Source: Candidatus Bathyarchaeota archaeon
GTDB taxonomy: Archaea; Thermoproteota; Bathyarchaeia; Bathyarchaeales; Bathycorpusculaceae
Direction: 5' to 3'
DNA: 64,000 bases
Assembly: GCA_963717465.1 (NCBI GenBank)
Contig: OY970340.1
Coordinates: forward strand, 1,824,001-1,888,000
Position numbers and translations under genes: made by a program. Shown here in pieces: positions 42,084 to 52,934 of this stretch (within the stretch, counting starts at the first letter, position 1; every line of letters begins with the position of its first letter). The notes beneath the pieces were generated by a model, which did no database searches, was not told the DNA's origin, and saw only the letters and a list, made by a program, of their open reading frames with translations.

Positions 42084-44213
42084 ATGCCTGATAAAAAAAT
42101 GTCTGATAAAACTCAATTTTTCCAGCAGAACTTTCTAAGCATAGTCATCTTTCTTCAAGTTGTCTTGTATGCTTCTTTCTTCCTTAACATGCCCATAGTT
42201 AGAGAGGTCGTGGGCATTGCATACTTAACGTTTATTCCAGGCATAATTTTTGTAAAACTTTTGAAGCTAGATGATGGCAGACTAAGCCTCGTTGAACTCA
42301 TACTTTATTCAGTCGGATTTAGCATTTCCTTCTTAATGTTGGCCGGATTGCTAATAGATCAATTCGGTTTAATGGTTGGTTTCGATTTTCCTCTATCTAC
42401 TTTGCCTTTGTCTTTATACATAAATACAATTGTCCTAATAGGCGCTGCAATAGTCCAAGTACGTCAAGAAAAAACTAAACAACCCTTCGTTTTAAAAGAA
42501 AAAATTCCCTACTCAGCTTTAATCTTTATTTTTCTCCCTATTCTAAGTGTTTTTGGGACGTACCTAGTAAACGTTTCAGGTAACAACTCACTCTTAATGA
42601 TAATGTTCGTCGCAGTTACATTGGTATTTATCGCCTTCGCTCTCATTAACAAACAGAATATTCATAGGTACTATCCTTTTGTAATTTTTATGATTGCATT
42701 AGCTTTACTGTTCCAATTTTCATTAATTTCAAATTATATCCTGCCTTATGGTGGAGATTCACCTGTTGAATTGTTCGTTGCCAGATATACGCAAATTAAT
42801 TCAGTCTGGTATCCAGTGCTTCCATTTTCATCAGATCAAAACTTAGGCAGAATAAACGCGATGTTAAGCGTGACTGTTCTTCCCACAATTTACTCAAACA
42901 TGATCGGAATGGATCCAACATGGGTGTTCAAAATCATCTACCCACTGATATTTGCCTTCATCCCGCTTGCATTGTACGTTATTTGGCAACCGTACGTAGG
43001 CAAAAAATTCGCTTTTCTTGCCGTTTTCCTATTCATGGCTCAGGCTACGTTCTATACCGAAATGCTAGCGTTAAACCGGCAAATAATCGCAGAGTTATTC
43101 TTTGTACTTCTCTTGGCAGTGATTTTAAACAATAAGATGAAGTTACAAACCAAATTCATAAGTTTCGCATTTTTTGCAGCTGGTCTAATTTTTTCGCATT
43201 ATGCATTAGCGATAATTTTTCTTTTCATGGCTGCTGCAGTGTGGATAATTACTTATGCTCAGAAGCGTTCATCTTATAATTTGCAATTTGGAATGATACT
43301 GCTTTTTTTTGTCGGAATGTTTGGCTGGTACCTTTTTACTTCAGGCGCAATTGTTTATGATAGCTTCGTAACTTTCTCTGGTTATATCACCAGTCAATTA
43401 GGCGATTTCTTAAATCCTGCATCAAGGGGTCAAACGGTTTTAACAGGCCTCGGATTAGCCCAATCGCCTTCACTTATAAACACCATAAGCAGAGTGTTTG
43501 CATATCTTACAGAGATATTCATTGTCATAGGAATCGTTGCATTTTTAGCTAAAAAGACCAAGTTTAACTTCGACAGGGAATACACTAATTTCGCTATAAT
43601 TGCAATCGCTATGTTAGCAGCATTAACCATTGTTCCAGGCTTAGCCAACACATTAGACATGACGCGGTTTTATCATATACTTCTAATTTTTCTAGCACCC
43701 TTTTGCATAATTGGCATGTGGACGCTTGTAAAGGCAGCTTCGAAATATGAAAAAGTCTTAGCGGTTTCCCTCTTAGTAATAATTATAATAGTCCCTTACT
43801 TTCTCTTCCAAACCAACTTTATTTACGAGGTTGCTCAAACAGAAAGTTGGTCTGTTCCCTTAAGTGGGTACCGAATGGATCCCCTAATGTTATACGGAGA
43901 TTTCGGTTACATTGACACCTACAGCGTTTATGGAGCAGAATGGGCTTCGATCAATACTAACTATCAAAACAATATAGTCGCAGACAACGCTTTGTACACT
44001 GCATTAACCGGTTATGGGCTTATTTGGAGAGGATACGTCACTGAACTTACTAATACCACTGTCCTACCACCAGGTCAGTACGTATACTTGAGCTACATCA
44101 GCATTAATTATGCACAAGAATATGAAAATGGAACCATACCAGCGATAGTTTCACACACAAACGTTATTTATTCAAATGGCGGCTGTGAAATCCGCTATGT
44201 TCCAGGCTCATAA
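42084..44213 (+). CDS. DUF2206 family multi-pass membrane protein (possible glycan polymerase/transferase)
   Basis: GD..E, LSVT.LP, FKII.P, RQ.IAE, SHY and RFYH patterns; many TM segments. Confidence 0.82.
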   Translation: MPDKKMSDKTQFFQQNFLSIVIFLQVVLYASFFLNMPIVREVVGIAYLTFIPGIIFVKLLKLDDGRLSLVELILYSVGFSISFLMLAGLLIDQFGLMVGFDFPLSTLPLSLYINTIVLIGAAIVQVRQEKTKQPFVLKEKIPYSALIFIFLPILSVFGTYLVNVSGNNSLLMIMFVAVTLVFIAFALINKQNIHRYYPFVIFMIALALLFQFSLISNYILPYGGDSPVELFVARYTQINSVWYPVLPFSSDQNLGRINAMLSVTVLPTIYSNMIGMDPTWVFKIIYPLIFAFIPLALYVIWQPYVGKKFAFLAVFLFMAQATFYTEMLALNRQIIAELFFVLLLAVILNNKMKLQTKFISFAFFAAGLIFSHYALAIIFLFMAAAVWIITYAQKRSSYNLQFGMILLFFVGMFGWYLFTSGAIVYDSFVTFSGYITSQLGDFLNPASRGQTVLTGLGLAQSPSLINTISRVFAYLTEIFIVIGIVAFLAKKTKFNFDREYTNFAIIAIAMLAALTIVPGLANTLDMTRFYHILLIFLAPFCIIGMWTLVKAASKYEKVLAVSLLVIIIIVPYFLFQTNFIYEVAQTESWSVPLSGYRMDPLMLYGDFGYIDTYSVYGAEWASINTNYQNNIVADNALYTALTGYGLIWRGYVTELTNTTVLPPGQYVYLSYISINYAQEYENGTIPAIVSHTNVIYSNGGCEIRYVPGS

Positions 44214-44257
44214 AGTTCAACCATTTGCCGCTTTAACTTGAATCACTGGATTTTAAT

Positions 44258-45286
44258 ATGACTAAAGTAACAGTCGTAATTCCTACCTACAAAAGGTCTG
44301 ACATTCTGCCACATATGATATTAGCGCTCGAACGCCAATCATACAAAGATTTTAACGTAATAGTAGTCGTTAAACCCTCAGGTGACGGCACAGAAGAAAT
44401 ACTGGAGCAAGCGTCTTCCTTTCTCAAAATTGAAACACTAATCCAAGACAAAGGCCACATCGTTGACGCATACTTCTTGGGCGCTAAAAACTCCACTGGG
44501 GAAATAGTGACTTTTCTCGACGACGATGCTATTCCAGCTGATAATTGGCTTGAGGAAACAGTGAAAATATTTGAAAATTCAGAAGTGGCTGGGGTAACTG
44601 GAGATTCTTTTCCTGCAATCATGAAAAACGGTGAACTTATCATCATTCAAGAACAAGAGATTCCTTCAGTTTTATCGCATTACGAGTTTGCCTGGTTTGG
44701 ACGTCCATTAAAAGGACTTGAAGAATACAAGAATTGCATTGCAGATTCTGGACAAGTCTATGAAAGAGGCAACAATCCTTATTGGCGAAAACGAGGTGCC
44801 GCAAAAGCTTTACTCAGAGGGCCGTCAATGGCTATTGATGGCGAGGTTTTAAGGAAAATCAACTTTCCGAAAGATTGGATTCTAGGTTGCGCCTGGGAAA
44901 TGGTTCTAGGCTGGCATATGTGGAAACAAGGGCTTCTAATGCTTTACCAGCCAAAAGTACAAGTATACCATTTAGTTCATGGCAGAACATCAAGCCGAGA
45001 CTACTTAAACCCGCGAACAGACTTACTCTGGGCAGTTGAAGCCGAGCTTCTTTTCTATAGACTATATCACGATGAAGAACAGCTTTCATTAATTAGCAAA
45101 CTGACATCCGACCTCGTTAGAGTAATTCATAGCATAAAATACCTAAAAAACAATCCAGTATATTACTTACGAAAAATAGAGGGAATTTTTCTTGGAAATA
45201 TGATTGGCGCAAAATGGGTAATTTACAAACAAATTGACAGTAAATATTCTCCATTAAAAGATTTGGAAAGATTTCGAAAAAGATAA
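44258..45286 (+). CDS. GT2 glycosyltransferase
   Basis: VVIPTY and FLDDDA motifs. Confidence 0.88.
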   Translation: MTKVTVVIPTYKRSDILPHMILALERQSYKDFNVIVVVKPSGDGTEEILEQASSFLKIETLIQDKGHIVDAYFLGAKNSTGEIVTFLDDDAIPADNWLEETVKIFENSEVAGVTGDSFPAIMKNGELIIIQEQEIPSVLSHYEFAWFGRPLKGLEEYKNCIADSGQVYERGNNPYWRKRGAAKALLRGPSMAIDGEVLRKINFPKDWILGCAWEMVLGWHMWKQGLLMLYQPKVQVYHLVHGRTSSRDYLNPRTDLLWAVEAELLFYRLYHDEEQLSLISKLTSDLVRVIHSIKYLKNNPVYYLRKIEGIFLGNMIGAKWVIYKQIDSKYSPLKDLERFRKR

Positions 45287-45333
45287 TCTGTTTTCACTTT
45301 AGCAAAATTACCTGTCTTAGGTGCGGACAAAAT

Positions 45334-46410
45334 ATGTTGATGAAAAAAAGTGAACCTTTTGTTTCAGTAATTATCCTAAACTATAACGGACAAAATTACA
45401 TTGAAAATTGTCTTTCGTCAGTGTTAAATGTGAATTATTCAAATTTTGAGGTAATTTTAGTCGACAATGCTTCAACAGACAACAGCTTAACCATTGCTCA
45501 AAACATCTTTGGGAACGATTCAAGAATCAAAATCGTAAAGAACGAGGTAAATCTTGGTTTCAGCGGAGGCAACAACGTCGGCTTCGAAAAATCAACAGGC
45601 GACTACGTGGTTTTTCTAAACAATGACACAATAGTCGATCCAAACTGGCTTTCTTATCTTGTTGACGCACTGCAAAGCGATGAAACAATTGGCTTAGCTC
45701 AAAGCCTAATATTAATGATTGATGGGGAAAAAATTCAAACAGCAGGTTGGCTTTTCAGCGATTATCTAGTACTAAAACAATCATTAGCAGAAAATAAAAC
45801 AAGCAGTTTAAATTTTCAATCAGTTTTTGAAGTTCCCGTAGCCTCAGGAGCATCGATGATTGCCAAGCGCAGCTTAATCAATAAAATAGGATTGTTTGAC
45901 TCGACAGTCCCGTTTTTTTACGACGACACTTTATTGTCATTTAAAGTTTGGCTTGCGAATAAACGAGTTGTTACTATTTCAAACTCAAAAATTCGTCACT
46001 TGCAAGGAGCAACAAAATCGTGGAATATTCAATCGACCACTTTCAACCTCTTGAAAGCAAAAATTTGTTTGATGTTTGACGTTTACTACAATTTAGGCGG
46101 ATTGATAAGAGCACTTACAATTAACTTTTTGTCCATAATGATTAACTCATTGTTTTTTTTAAAAAGAAAAAATTTGCCAGTCATATATGCTAATTTCCAA
46201 GCGTTATCGTGGAGCCTAAGAAATCTTAAATTTATGTGGAAAAACAGGCTTGATCACTGGAGTAACTCAAAAATTTCTCCAAAAGAATTGCAAAAAAATT
46301 TCGTTAGACTTAACCTTCCGACGCCGTTTTACATTCTCCCGTCAAAATTAAGTCTCAACTGCTGTGCTTTCGAAGTTGGTAAATACGAAAAAGGATTGCT
46401 TAGAATTTGA
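45334..46410 (+). CDS. GT2 glycosyltransferase (WbbL-like)
   Basis: IILNYNG, VDNASTD, NLGF.GGNN and LNND motifs. Confidence 0.92.
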   Translation: MLMKKSEPFVSVIILNYNGQNYIENCLSSVLNVNYSNFEVILVDNASTDNSLTIAQNIFGNDSRIKIVKNEVNLGFSGGNNVGFEKSTGDYVVFLNNDTIVDPNWLSYLVDALQSDETIGLAQSLILMIDGEKIQTAGWLFSDYLVLKQSLAENKTSSLNFQSVFEVPVASGASMIAKRSLINKIGLFDSTVPFFYDDTLLSFKVWLANKRVVTISNSKIRHLQGATKSWNIQSTTFNLLKAKICLMFDVYYNLGGLIRALTINFLSIMINSLFFLKRKNLPVIYANFQALSWSLRNLKFMWKNRLDHWSNSKISPKELQKNFVRLNLPTPFYILPSKLSLNCCAFEVGKYEKGLLRI

Positions 46411-46520
46411 ATTCTTGCGTCCTTTCAATCTCTTTTCAATTTTAAAGAATTCAAGTACTCCACTATTTCGATAGATGGATCTGTAAAACTTAGTTTTATG
46501 AAAAAGAGAGGGAAAAACCT

Positions 46521-47424
46521 TTGAGTTTAGTCAGTATTGCTAAAATTCATTTCAACGATGTATATCCAGTAAAAAAAGCGATTGATGAATCACTTCAATT
46601 GATTAACTACTCCTTTAATGATGCAATAAAAAACGTTGTAATCAAGCCCAATTTGTGCTATTACTGGGACTATTCTACTGGTCAAACGACTGACCCGCAG
46701 ATTCGTGGCTTCACTCATCGACTTTATCAGGAATAAAACGAGATCTGACGTAGACATATCAATTGTTGAATCTGACGCCTCTGCAATGCGTTGCAAATAC
46801 GCTTTTAGAATGTTGGGTTATGAAAAAATTGCACAGGAGAAAAATGTCAGGCTGGTTAATCTGTCAGAAGAAGAGAGCGATGAAGTAAATGTTTCTTGCA
46901 ACGGAAAAGCATACGATTTAATGGTTCCGAAAATAATTTCAGGCGCGGATTTACGGATAAATGTTTCAAAAATAAAATATACTATTGATCCAATCAAGCT
47001 TACTTGTGCCTTAAAAAATGTTTTTGGCTGCAACCCTAATCCCAAAAAATACCTGTACCATTCTGACCTTGAAAACGTTATAGTCGCTATGAACAAGGCA
47101 ATGAAATTTGACTTATGCTTAGTTGATGGCAATGTTGTTTCTGGAATTCAACCGAAAATATTAGGGCTTGTTATGGCGGGTCAAGATCCTGTTGCACTTG
47201 ATTCGGCTTGTGCTCAAATAGCCTGGTTGAATCCTAACAAGATAGGTTATTTTTGGTTGGCTGAAAAGGAAGGAATTGGCAAGCGAAATTTTGTTCCAAA
47301 AGGTGTTCCCATCGATTACTTTAGGGCTCTATATCCAAAGAAAACTTTTAGGCGTAAAATGATGGGTCAAGCCTACAAGCTAGTGCTTAGTGTCGGGCTT
47401 GGTCCGCGACTTGGTTTAGAGTAA
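46521..47424 (+). CDS. DUF362 domain protein, second paralogue (frameshift near 46700)
   Basis: VVIKPNLCYYW..STG.TTD shared with the 34881 copy; LKN.FG and DPVALD motifs. Confidence 0.88.
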
Positions 47425-47438
47425 GGCGGTTTATTCTA

Positions 47439-48425
47439 ATGAAAAATATCAACTTGGGCATAATTGGTTTAGGATACATTGGGCAAATCCATCTTAGGCA
47501 TAGTCTAAAACTTGAAAATGCAAAGGTCGTGGCAGTTGCAGATTCTTCTCCAAAAGCCTTAGAACGCGCGAAAAACTTGGGCGTAAAAAAAACGTTCAGC
47601 AATTATGTCGATTTACTAAAAGACCCTGAAGTTGATGCAGTGTTAATATCTTTGCCAACGCATCTACATCTAAAATGCACTCAGTTAGCTGCAGAAGCTA
47701 AGAAGGATATTTTTCTTGAGAAGCCGATTGCCGTAAACATCCCGGATGCAAAAGAAATCATCTCCGCCGCTGAACGAAATTCTGTAAAGTTGATGATTGG
47801 TTATCCCTTAGTATTCAACAAATCTTTTAGAAGACTTAAAGAAGATTTGGAAGCTGGCTTACTCGGCGACGTTGAAAATATTCATGCAACCTACATTAGT
47901 TCAGGTCCATTTTTCCATCGAGCAGAAGGATACTCGCCCATTCCAGTTCCAGATTGGTGGTTCAATATCGACTACACGGGCGGCGGTGTATTAGTCGATT
48001 TGGGATGCCACATCATTAATCTTTTACACTGGCTATTCGGCGATATAGTGGACGTTAAAAGTTACTTTGGATATCGTTTCAACATGAACTTTGAAGATTC
48101 AGCAATGTGCTTAGCAAAATTTGCTTCTGGACCTGTTGCTGCAATTAATGTCGGTTGGTTTTCCCAAGAGTATGCTCTTAAACTTGATTTACTGGGAAGC
48201 GTTAAGCATGTATCAGTTATTCATAAGCCGCCAAGCCAAATATCGACTGCTTACCAAATGTTAACACGAGGTATTTCAGAATTTTTCCAGCCACATCTGG
48301 ATGAGCTGCAGTATTTTGTCTATTGTCTGCTTACAGATGCTAAGCCTTCGCCGACTGGACAGGATGGGCTTAGAGACTTGGAAGTAATATCCAAAGCGTA
48401 TCAAAACAAAATTGTTCTTCAATAA
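47439..48425 (+). CDS. Gfo/Idh/MocA oxidoreductase, second paralogue
   Basis: IGLGYIG, EKP and GGGVLVDLGCH motifs. Confidence 0.93.
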   Translation: MKNINLGIIGLGYIGQIHLRHSLKLENAKVVAVADSSPKALERAKNLGVKKTFSNYVDLLKDPEVDAVLISLPTHLHLKCTQLAAEAKKDIFLEKPIAVNIPDAKEIISAAERNSVKLMIGYPLVFNKSFRRLKEDLEAGLLGDVENIHATYISSGPFFHRAEGYSPIPVPDWWFNIDYTGGGVLVDLGCHIINLLHWLFGDIVDVKSYFGYRFNMNFEDSAMCLAKFASGPVAAINVGWFSQEYALKLDLLGSVKHVSVIHKPPSQISTAYQMLTRGISEFFQPHLDELQYFVYCLLTDAKPSPTGQDGLRDLEVISKAYQNKIVLQ

Positions 48426-48441
48426 ACTGGTTGAGCCTTAA

Positions 48442-50083
48442 ATGGATAAAGCGCTTCAGATGGGCAAGTCATCCACGACTGGCAGTTTTCACTTGCTAAT
48501 AGGTGTAGTGGGATCGACAGTAATCCTTGCTGTAGGTACGCTTATCTTAGCGGAATTTTTGACGGTTGATCAACTTGGACTTTACGGAATAGTTCTAATT
48601 CCAGCAACTATGATAGGGTTTTTTCGTGATTGGGGCGTTAACTATGCACTGACTCAACAAATAGCCAGTTTAAGAGCAAAAGGAAACGAAGGGGAGATTC
48701 ATAATGTTATTGTTGCAGGCGTAGTTTTTGAGGTAATTACTGGATTAGCTCTGTCACTTGTGAGTTTAGGTTTAGCTGTACCATTAGCGGTTATTCTGCA
48801 GAGGCCAGACGCTGCAGGGTTGATGGCACTCATGTCTGTCTCAATATTTGGTGGAGCATTAATTTCCGCAGCCTACTGGGATTTTTGTTGGATTTGAAAA
48901 AATGAAGTTCAACAGTTTTACTCAGATATTTCAGGCTCTGATAAAAACTGTCCTTGCTTCTTTTTTTGTGATTGCTGGTTTTGGGGTTGTTGGAGCCGTA
49001 ACTGGCACCATAATTTCATATATTGCGGGAGCAATAGTTTCAATCTTTATTGTTTACTTTTCATTGTTTAGACCGTTGAGAAGATTCAATGTTGGTCGAC
49101 TTGACGTTTGGCGTACATTAAAGCCTTTACTAGGCTACGGTATACCCTTAACGGTATCGAGCGTTGTGGTTGGTGTACTGCCTCAATTCTTCGCTTTTAT
49201 CATGGCAATTTATGCTGGAAACGCGATGATGGGCAACTATTATGCTGCCACCTATTTCGCTGTTCTTTTGACTTTTTTAACTTTTCCAATTGCAACTTCG
49301 TTGTTCCCAGTTTTTTCTCAACTAAACCCTGAAAAAGAGCCAAATCTTGTTTCCGCTGTCTTTACCTCATCCGTTAAATATACAGCGTTTCTTCTTGTTC
49401 CTGCAACAATACTTATCATAACTGTTTCAACTCCGCTAGTGAATACGTTGTTTGGAACAAAGTTTCCTTTTGCTCCAATTTTTTTGGCTCTATATTCAGT
49501 GATCAACTTGTATGTTGTTTTTGGAAACATTAGTTTGAACTCTTTCCAAACAGGAATAGGAAAAACCAGACAAGTAATGAAGCAAAGCCTATTGTCTTTA
49601 GCTGTTGGTTTGCCACTTGCCTACTTTTTAGTTTCCCAGCTAACGCATTTTGGTGGAGAATCGCTGGGTCAATTTTATGCCATAATAGGAGGCATACTGG
49701 GCATTTTAATTTCCAGTGTTCCTGGCATGATTTGGGGTCTTATTTGGACTTGGAGAAATTACAGGGCAAAGGCTGATTTCAAAGTTTCCGCCAAAATACT
49801 TTTTGCTTCAATTCTCGCTGCACTGGTAACTTTTGCTTTCCTAGTGGTCTCTACAAAAGCGCCTTATTGGCTTAACCTGACAGTTGGAGTGGCAATTTTT
49901 CTGCTTGTTTACTTAGTTAGTGCTCCACTTGTTGGCGCCGTTAACCGAGCTGATATCGACAATCTTATTTCAATGGTTTCTGGCTTAGGATTCCTTTCCA
50001 AAATCATCGACCATTTCTTATTGTATATGCGGCGAATAAGCAAAGAATCTCCTAGCACCAAAAAAGTGAATATTGAAGTCTAA
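48442..50083 (+). CDS. Oligosaccharide flippase (MOP superfamily; frameshift near 48880)
   Basis: About 14 TM segments; DWGV, G.Y.AA and LFPVFS patterns. Confidence 0.88.
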
Positions 50084-50172
50084 TGTTAGAAAGCTTAAAG
50101 AAACAGTTTTTCATATACTTGTTATTAGGAAAATCTATCTTTTAATCGATTTTAATTTTCGAGGTATTTTTT

Positions 50173-50979
50173 TTGACTTTAAACGACGAAGTTAACATGG
50201 CCAAGTCACGCATAGCTGCCACTTTTCTTATTTTAGGCTCGCTTTTACTGGTCATTTCAGTTTTTTATGGAATTCAAATTGTTGCGTTCATAGGGTTAGG
50301 ATTAACTTTTTGGGGTGCCATATTTGTCGTTACACGAACGGGAAATTTTGTTGATAGTGGTTTGCTTGAAAGTTCCGCGAAGTCTCTTTATTCAACGATT
50401 GATAGGATGCTTAATGATCTAAATTATTCTGGACAAGGATACTATATACCTGCTTATCCTCAAAACGTCTACCTTCCAGATTATCTTAAGAATTTGAAAG
50501 AATCAGTGGTTTTTATTTCAGATCGAAGTTTTTCTGGGCCACCTGCAATCGAAGAATTAGCATCAGGCAAATTTTTGTCAGCAAGATCAAGAGGCATATT
50601 TATAACTTCTCCAGGTTCAGGAATCTTGAGTGAAATAGAGAAAAAAATGAACTTGGATTTTACTAAAATTAATGTAAATGATTTATGTGGAATTTTGAGT
50701 CGTTGCATGACTGATTTTTTAAATCTTGCTAAGGCAATGGAGTTATTTGTTATTGACAGCAACACAGTGAGACTGATTGTAACTGGTGTTCTGTACGAAA
50801 GCCTGTACGACCCCGAGAGTAATTGTCGAAGTGTCGGCATTATAGGTTGTCCGCTGGTTAGCGCAGTGGCTTGTGCGCTCGCAAAGTCCTCAGGAAAGAC
50901 AGTGGCAATCAAATCTCAAACATTTTTGTCGAGCAATTCAAAAACTATTGATGTTTTATTTAGTTTTGTGAGAGGTTGA
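50173..50979 (+). CDS. Conserved archaeal membrane-anchored hypothetical protein
   Basis: Two N-terminal TM segments; YIP, PG.G and GCPL.SA.A.ALA patterns. Confidence 0.75.
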   Translation: MTLNDEVNMAKSRIAATFLILGSLLLVISVFYGIQIVAFIGLGLTFWGAIFVVTRTGNFVDSGLLESSAKSLYSTIDRMLNDLNYSGQGYYIPAYPQNVYLPDYLKNLKESVVFISDRSFSGPPAIEELASGKFLSARSRGIFITSPGSGILSEIEKKMNLDFTKINVNDLCGILSRCMTDFLNLAKAMELFVIDSNTVRLIVTGVLYESLYDPESNCRSVGIIGCPLVSAVACALAKSSGKTVAIKSQTFLSSNSKTIDVLFSFVRG

Positions 50980-51191
50980 AAAGAATGTTTTTTCCCCTGT
51001 CTTATTATGATCTGAGTTTATGGCTTGCTGCCGTTGCCATTATACTTCTGATTACTTCTGAAATAATATGTTCATCAACAGAATATTCTTCGAGAGTTGT
51101 GATAGACAAAAACTTTTTGAGAGCTGTTTCCCTTGGTTGCGGTTTAGCTTTTGTTGGTATGTTTATTATGCATGTAGCTAACTACTTTTAA
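50976..51191 (+). CDS. Small two-TM membrane protein
   Basis: Overlaps the upstream stop codon; SLWLA..AIILLITSE. Confidence 0.7.
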   Translation: MKRMFFPLSYYDLSLWLAAVAIILLITSEIICSSTEYSSRVVIDKNFLRAVSLGCGLAFVGMFIMHVANYF

Positions 51192-51211
51192 AAAGGCAGT
51201 TGTTTGTTGAG

Positions 51212-51680
51212 TTACGTTTGTGATCCTATTATTGCAATGTTAAAGCTGAATGTTGTAATGCCTGTTATTGATGATGACACGGTTATAGTTAGTGTTGCCT
51301 CGGTTGAATTGTTAGCTGCTAAGGTTGTGTTTTCCTGATCCCACGTCAAGGTTATGAAAGAGTTAGCGTTTGATGGGGTCCAACTTGAACTTGTCATGTT
51401 TAATGTCAATGGCACTGTTCCATAATTCTTGATGTAAATGGTTACACTTGTCGAGTTGCCTGGGGCTACTGCTGGCCAACTTATTGAGGTGCAGTTTGTT
51501 GTGCATGCTGAGTTGGTATAGGCACCTACATTAACAGTTGCTATTGTTCCAAGTGTTGGTAAATTTTGGCTTGTAGTCAGCAAACCTGAGGTTAGGGCTG
51601 TAAGAATTATTGCGACAGTAACTGCGCTTATTGCTATTATTATATGGTATTTTCGTATTTTTATTTGCTGTTTCCTCCAC
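51212..51680 (-). CDS. Secreted/surface Thr-Ser-rich Ig-like protein; start uncertain
   Basis: In-frame hydrophobic helix upstream of the tracked start; I.W...PG, YIKN.G.VP and FSFNI.I.G patterns. Confidence 0.7.
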
Positions 51681-51949
51681 TATGGTTTCCTAGTAAGTTC
51701 TGATGTATTGAATTCGAAGTCTTAAGTATTAATAAACATTATTGTCTAAGTGAATTACACATATACACTTCAAAACCTTAAAGTGTACTCAAAAGCAGAA
51801 TTTGCTAAGAACCGTGTCGTCAGTTAAACTGCCGGTCCAAGTCCGCAACTGACGAACACCTAAAACAAACTCTAAAAATGAAAAATCGAAACACTTAACA
51901 AAATCACTATTTGCATCGTATAAAAGTAAAAAAAGAGTAGTCAGCAGTT

Positions 51950-52618
51950 TTAAACCGGAGTTGGCGATGTTGGAGGCGTTTGTGGTTGGGTTGTTACCCC
52001 TGCGTACTCTCGAGGTGGGGGTAGAGGCTTCAGAGAGAAGAATGCAATTGCCAGAAGTATCATCGCAATCCAAATCAATAGGTAGCCAATGGCGATAATT
52101 GTTAGAATTGCGCCTATGACTAAAAGTGTTCCTGTGGTTGCGAATAACCCTACTTTCGATTTGTCAGATAGGTGATTTAATGATTTTCTCAATAAGAAAG
52201 CAGAGATTACAACCGTGAAAAAGAGAATAACAACAACTGCAGTAATGGCGCCAGCAACAGAATAAAGCATAGATAATACTTGTTGACTGGATGATGGAAT
52301 ATTTGGTGTTATAGTCGAAAGTGCTGCCCAATTACCGTATGTCCAGCTAGGGAAAATCTTCGATAACAAAGTCGGTAAAATTAAGAATAAAGCGATTAAG
52401 AACGAAACTACTCCACCGATTATGCTTAAAATTACGCCGTATAAGAAGTTTGAGAAGATGCTTGATTCTTTGTAATAACCTGCCAAACCATGCAAGCCTA
52501 TCAGAAGAAGTATAATGCCGATCAAAGATAGAATTGGAAGAAAGGTGTATGGGATAAAACCAAAAATGAGCAGTACTGCACCGACGCCGCTTAAATTTTT
52601 GCTCGTCTCAAAAGTCAT
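51950..52618 (-). CDS. DUF996 family membrane protein
   Basis: K.L.G.GA.L, LF.T.G.L..IGA.L and IAFFS patterns; Pro-rich tail. Confidence 0.85.
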   Translation of the reverse strand: MTFETSKNLSGVGAVLLIFGFIPYTFLPILSLIGIILLLIGLHGLAGYYKESSIFSNFLYGVILSIIGGVVSFLIALFLILPTLLSKIFPSWTYGNWAALSTITPNIPSSSQQVLSMLYSVAGAITAVVVILFFTVVISAFLLRKSLNHLSDKSKVGLFATTGTLLVIGAILTIIAIGYLLIWIAMILLAIAFFSLKPLPPPREYAGVTTQPQTPPTSPTPV

Positions 52619-52934
52619 TTATTTTTCCTCTATTTTTTCTCTGTGTTTTAATAATAAAAACTTTTCTTTGCTGCTTGCTTGCTAAGCAACAGTTTTTATG
52701 CTAACTACGTATCAATTTTAACATTAATTTCAAATTTAATTATTTCTAACTTTCGAGAAACTCGCAAATGTCCAAAATTGGGCGTCAGAGAAAAATATAC
52801 AATCAGGCTAGCAATGCTGTCTTAATTTAACAGTAGGAAACACGTGTTTTTCTTTTAAAATGTAAGACTTTAGCAAAAGTGTTTAAGCAACGGATTTTAA
52901 TGAAATTATTTGGACTCTTGAAAAGGGTTGCTGA

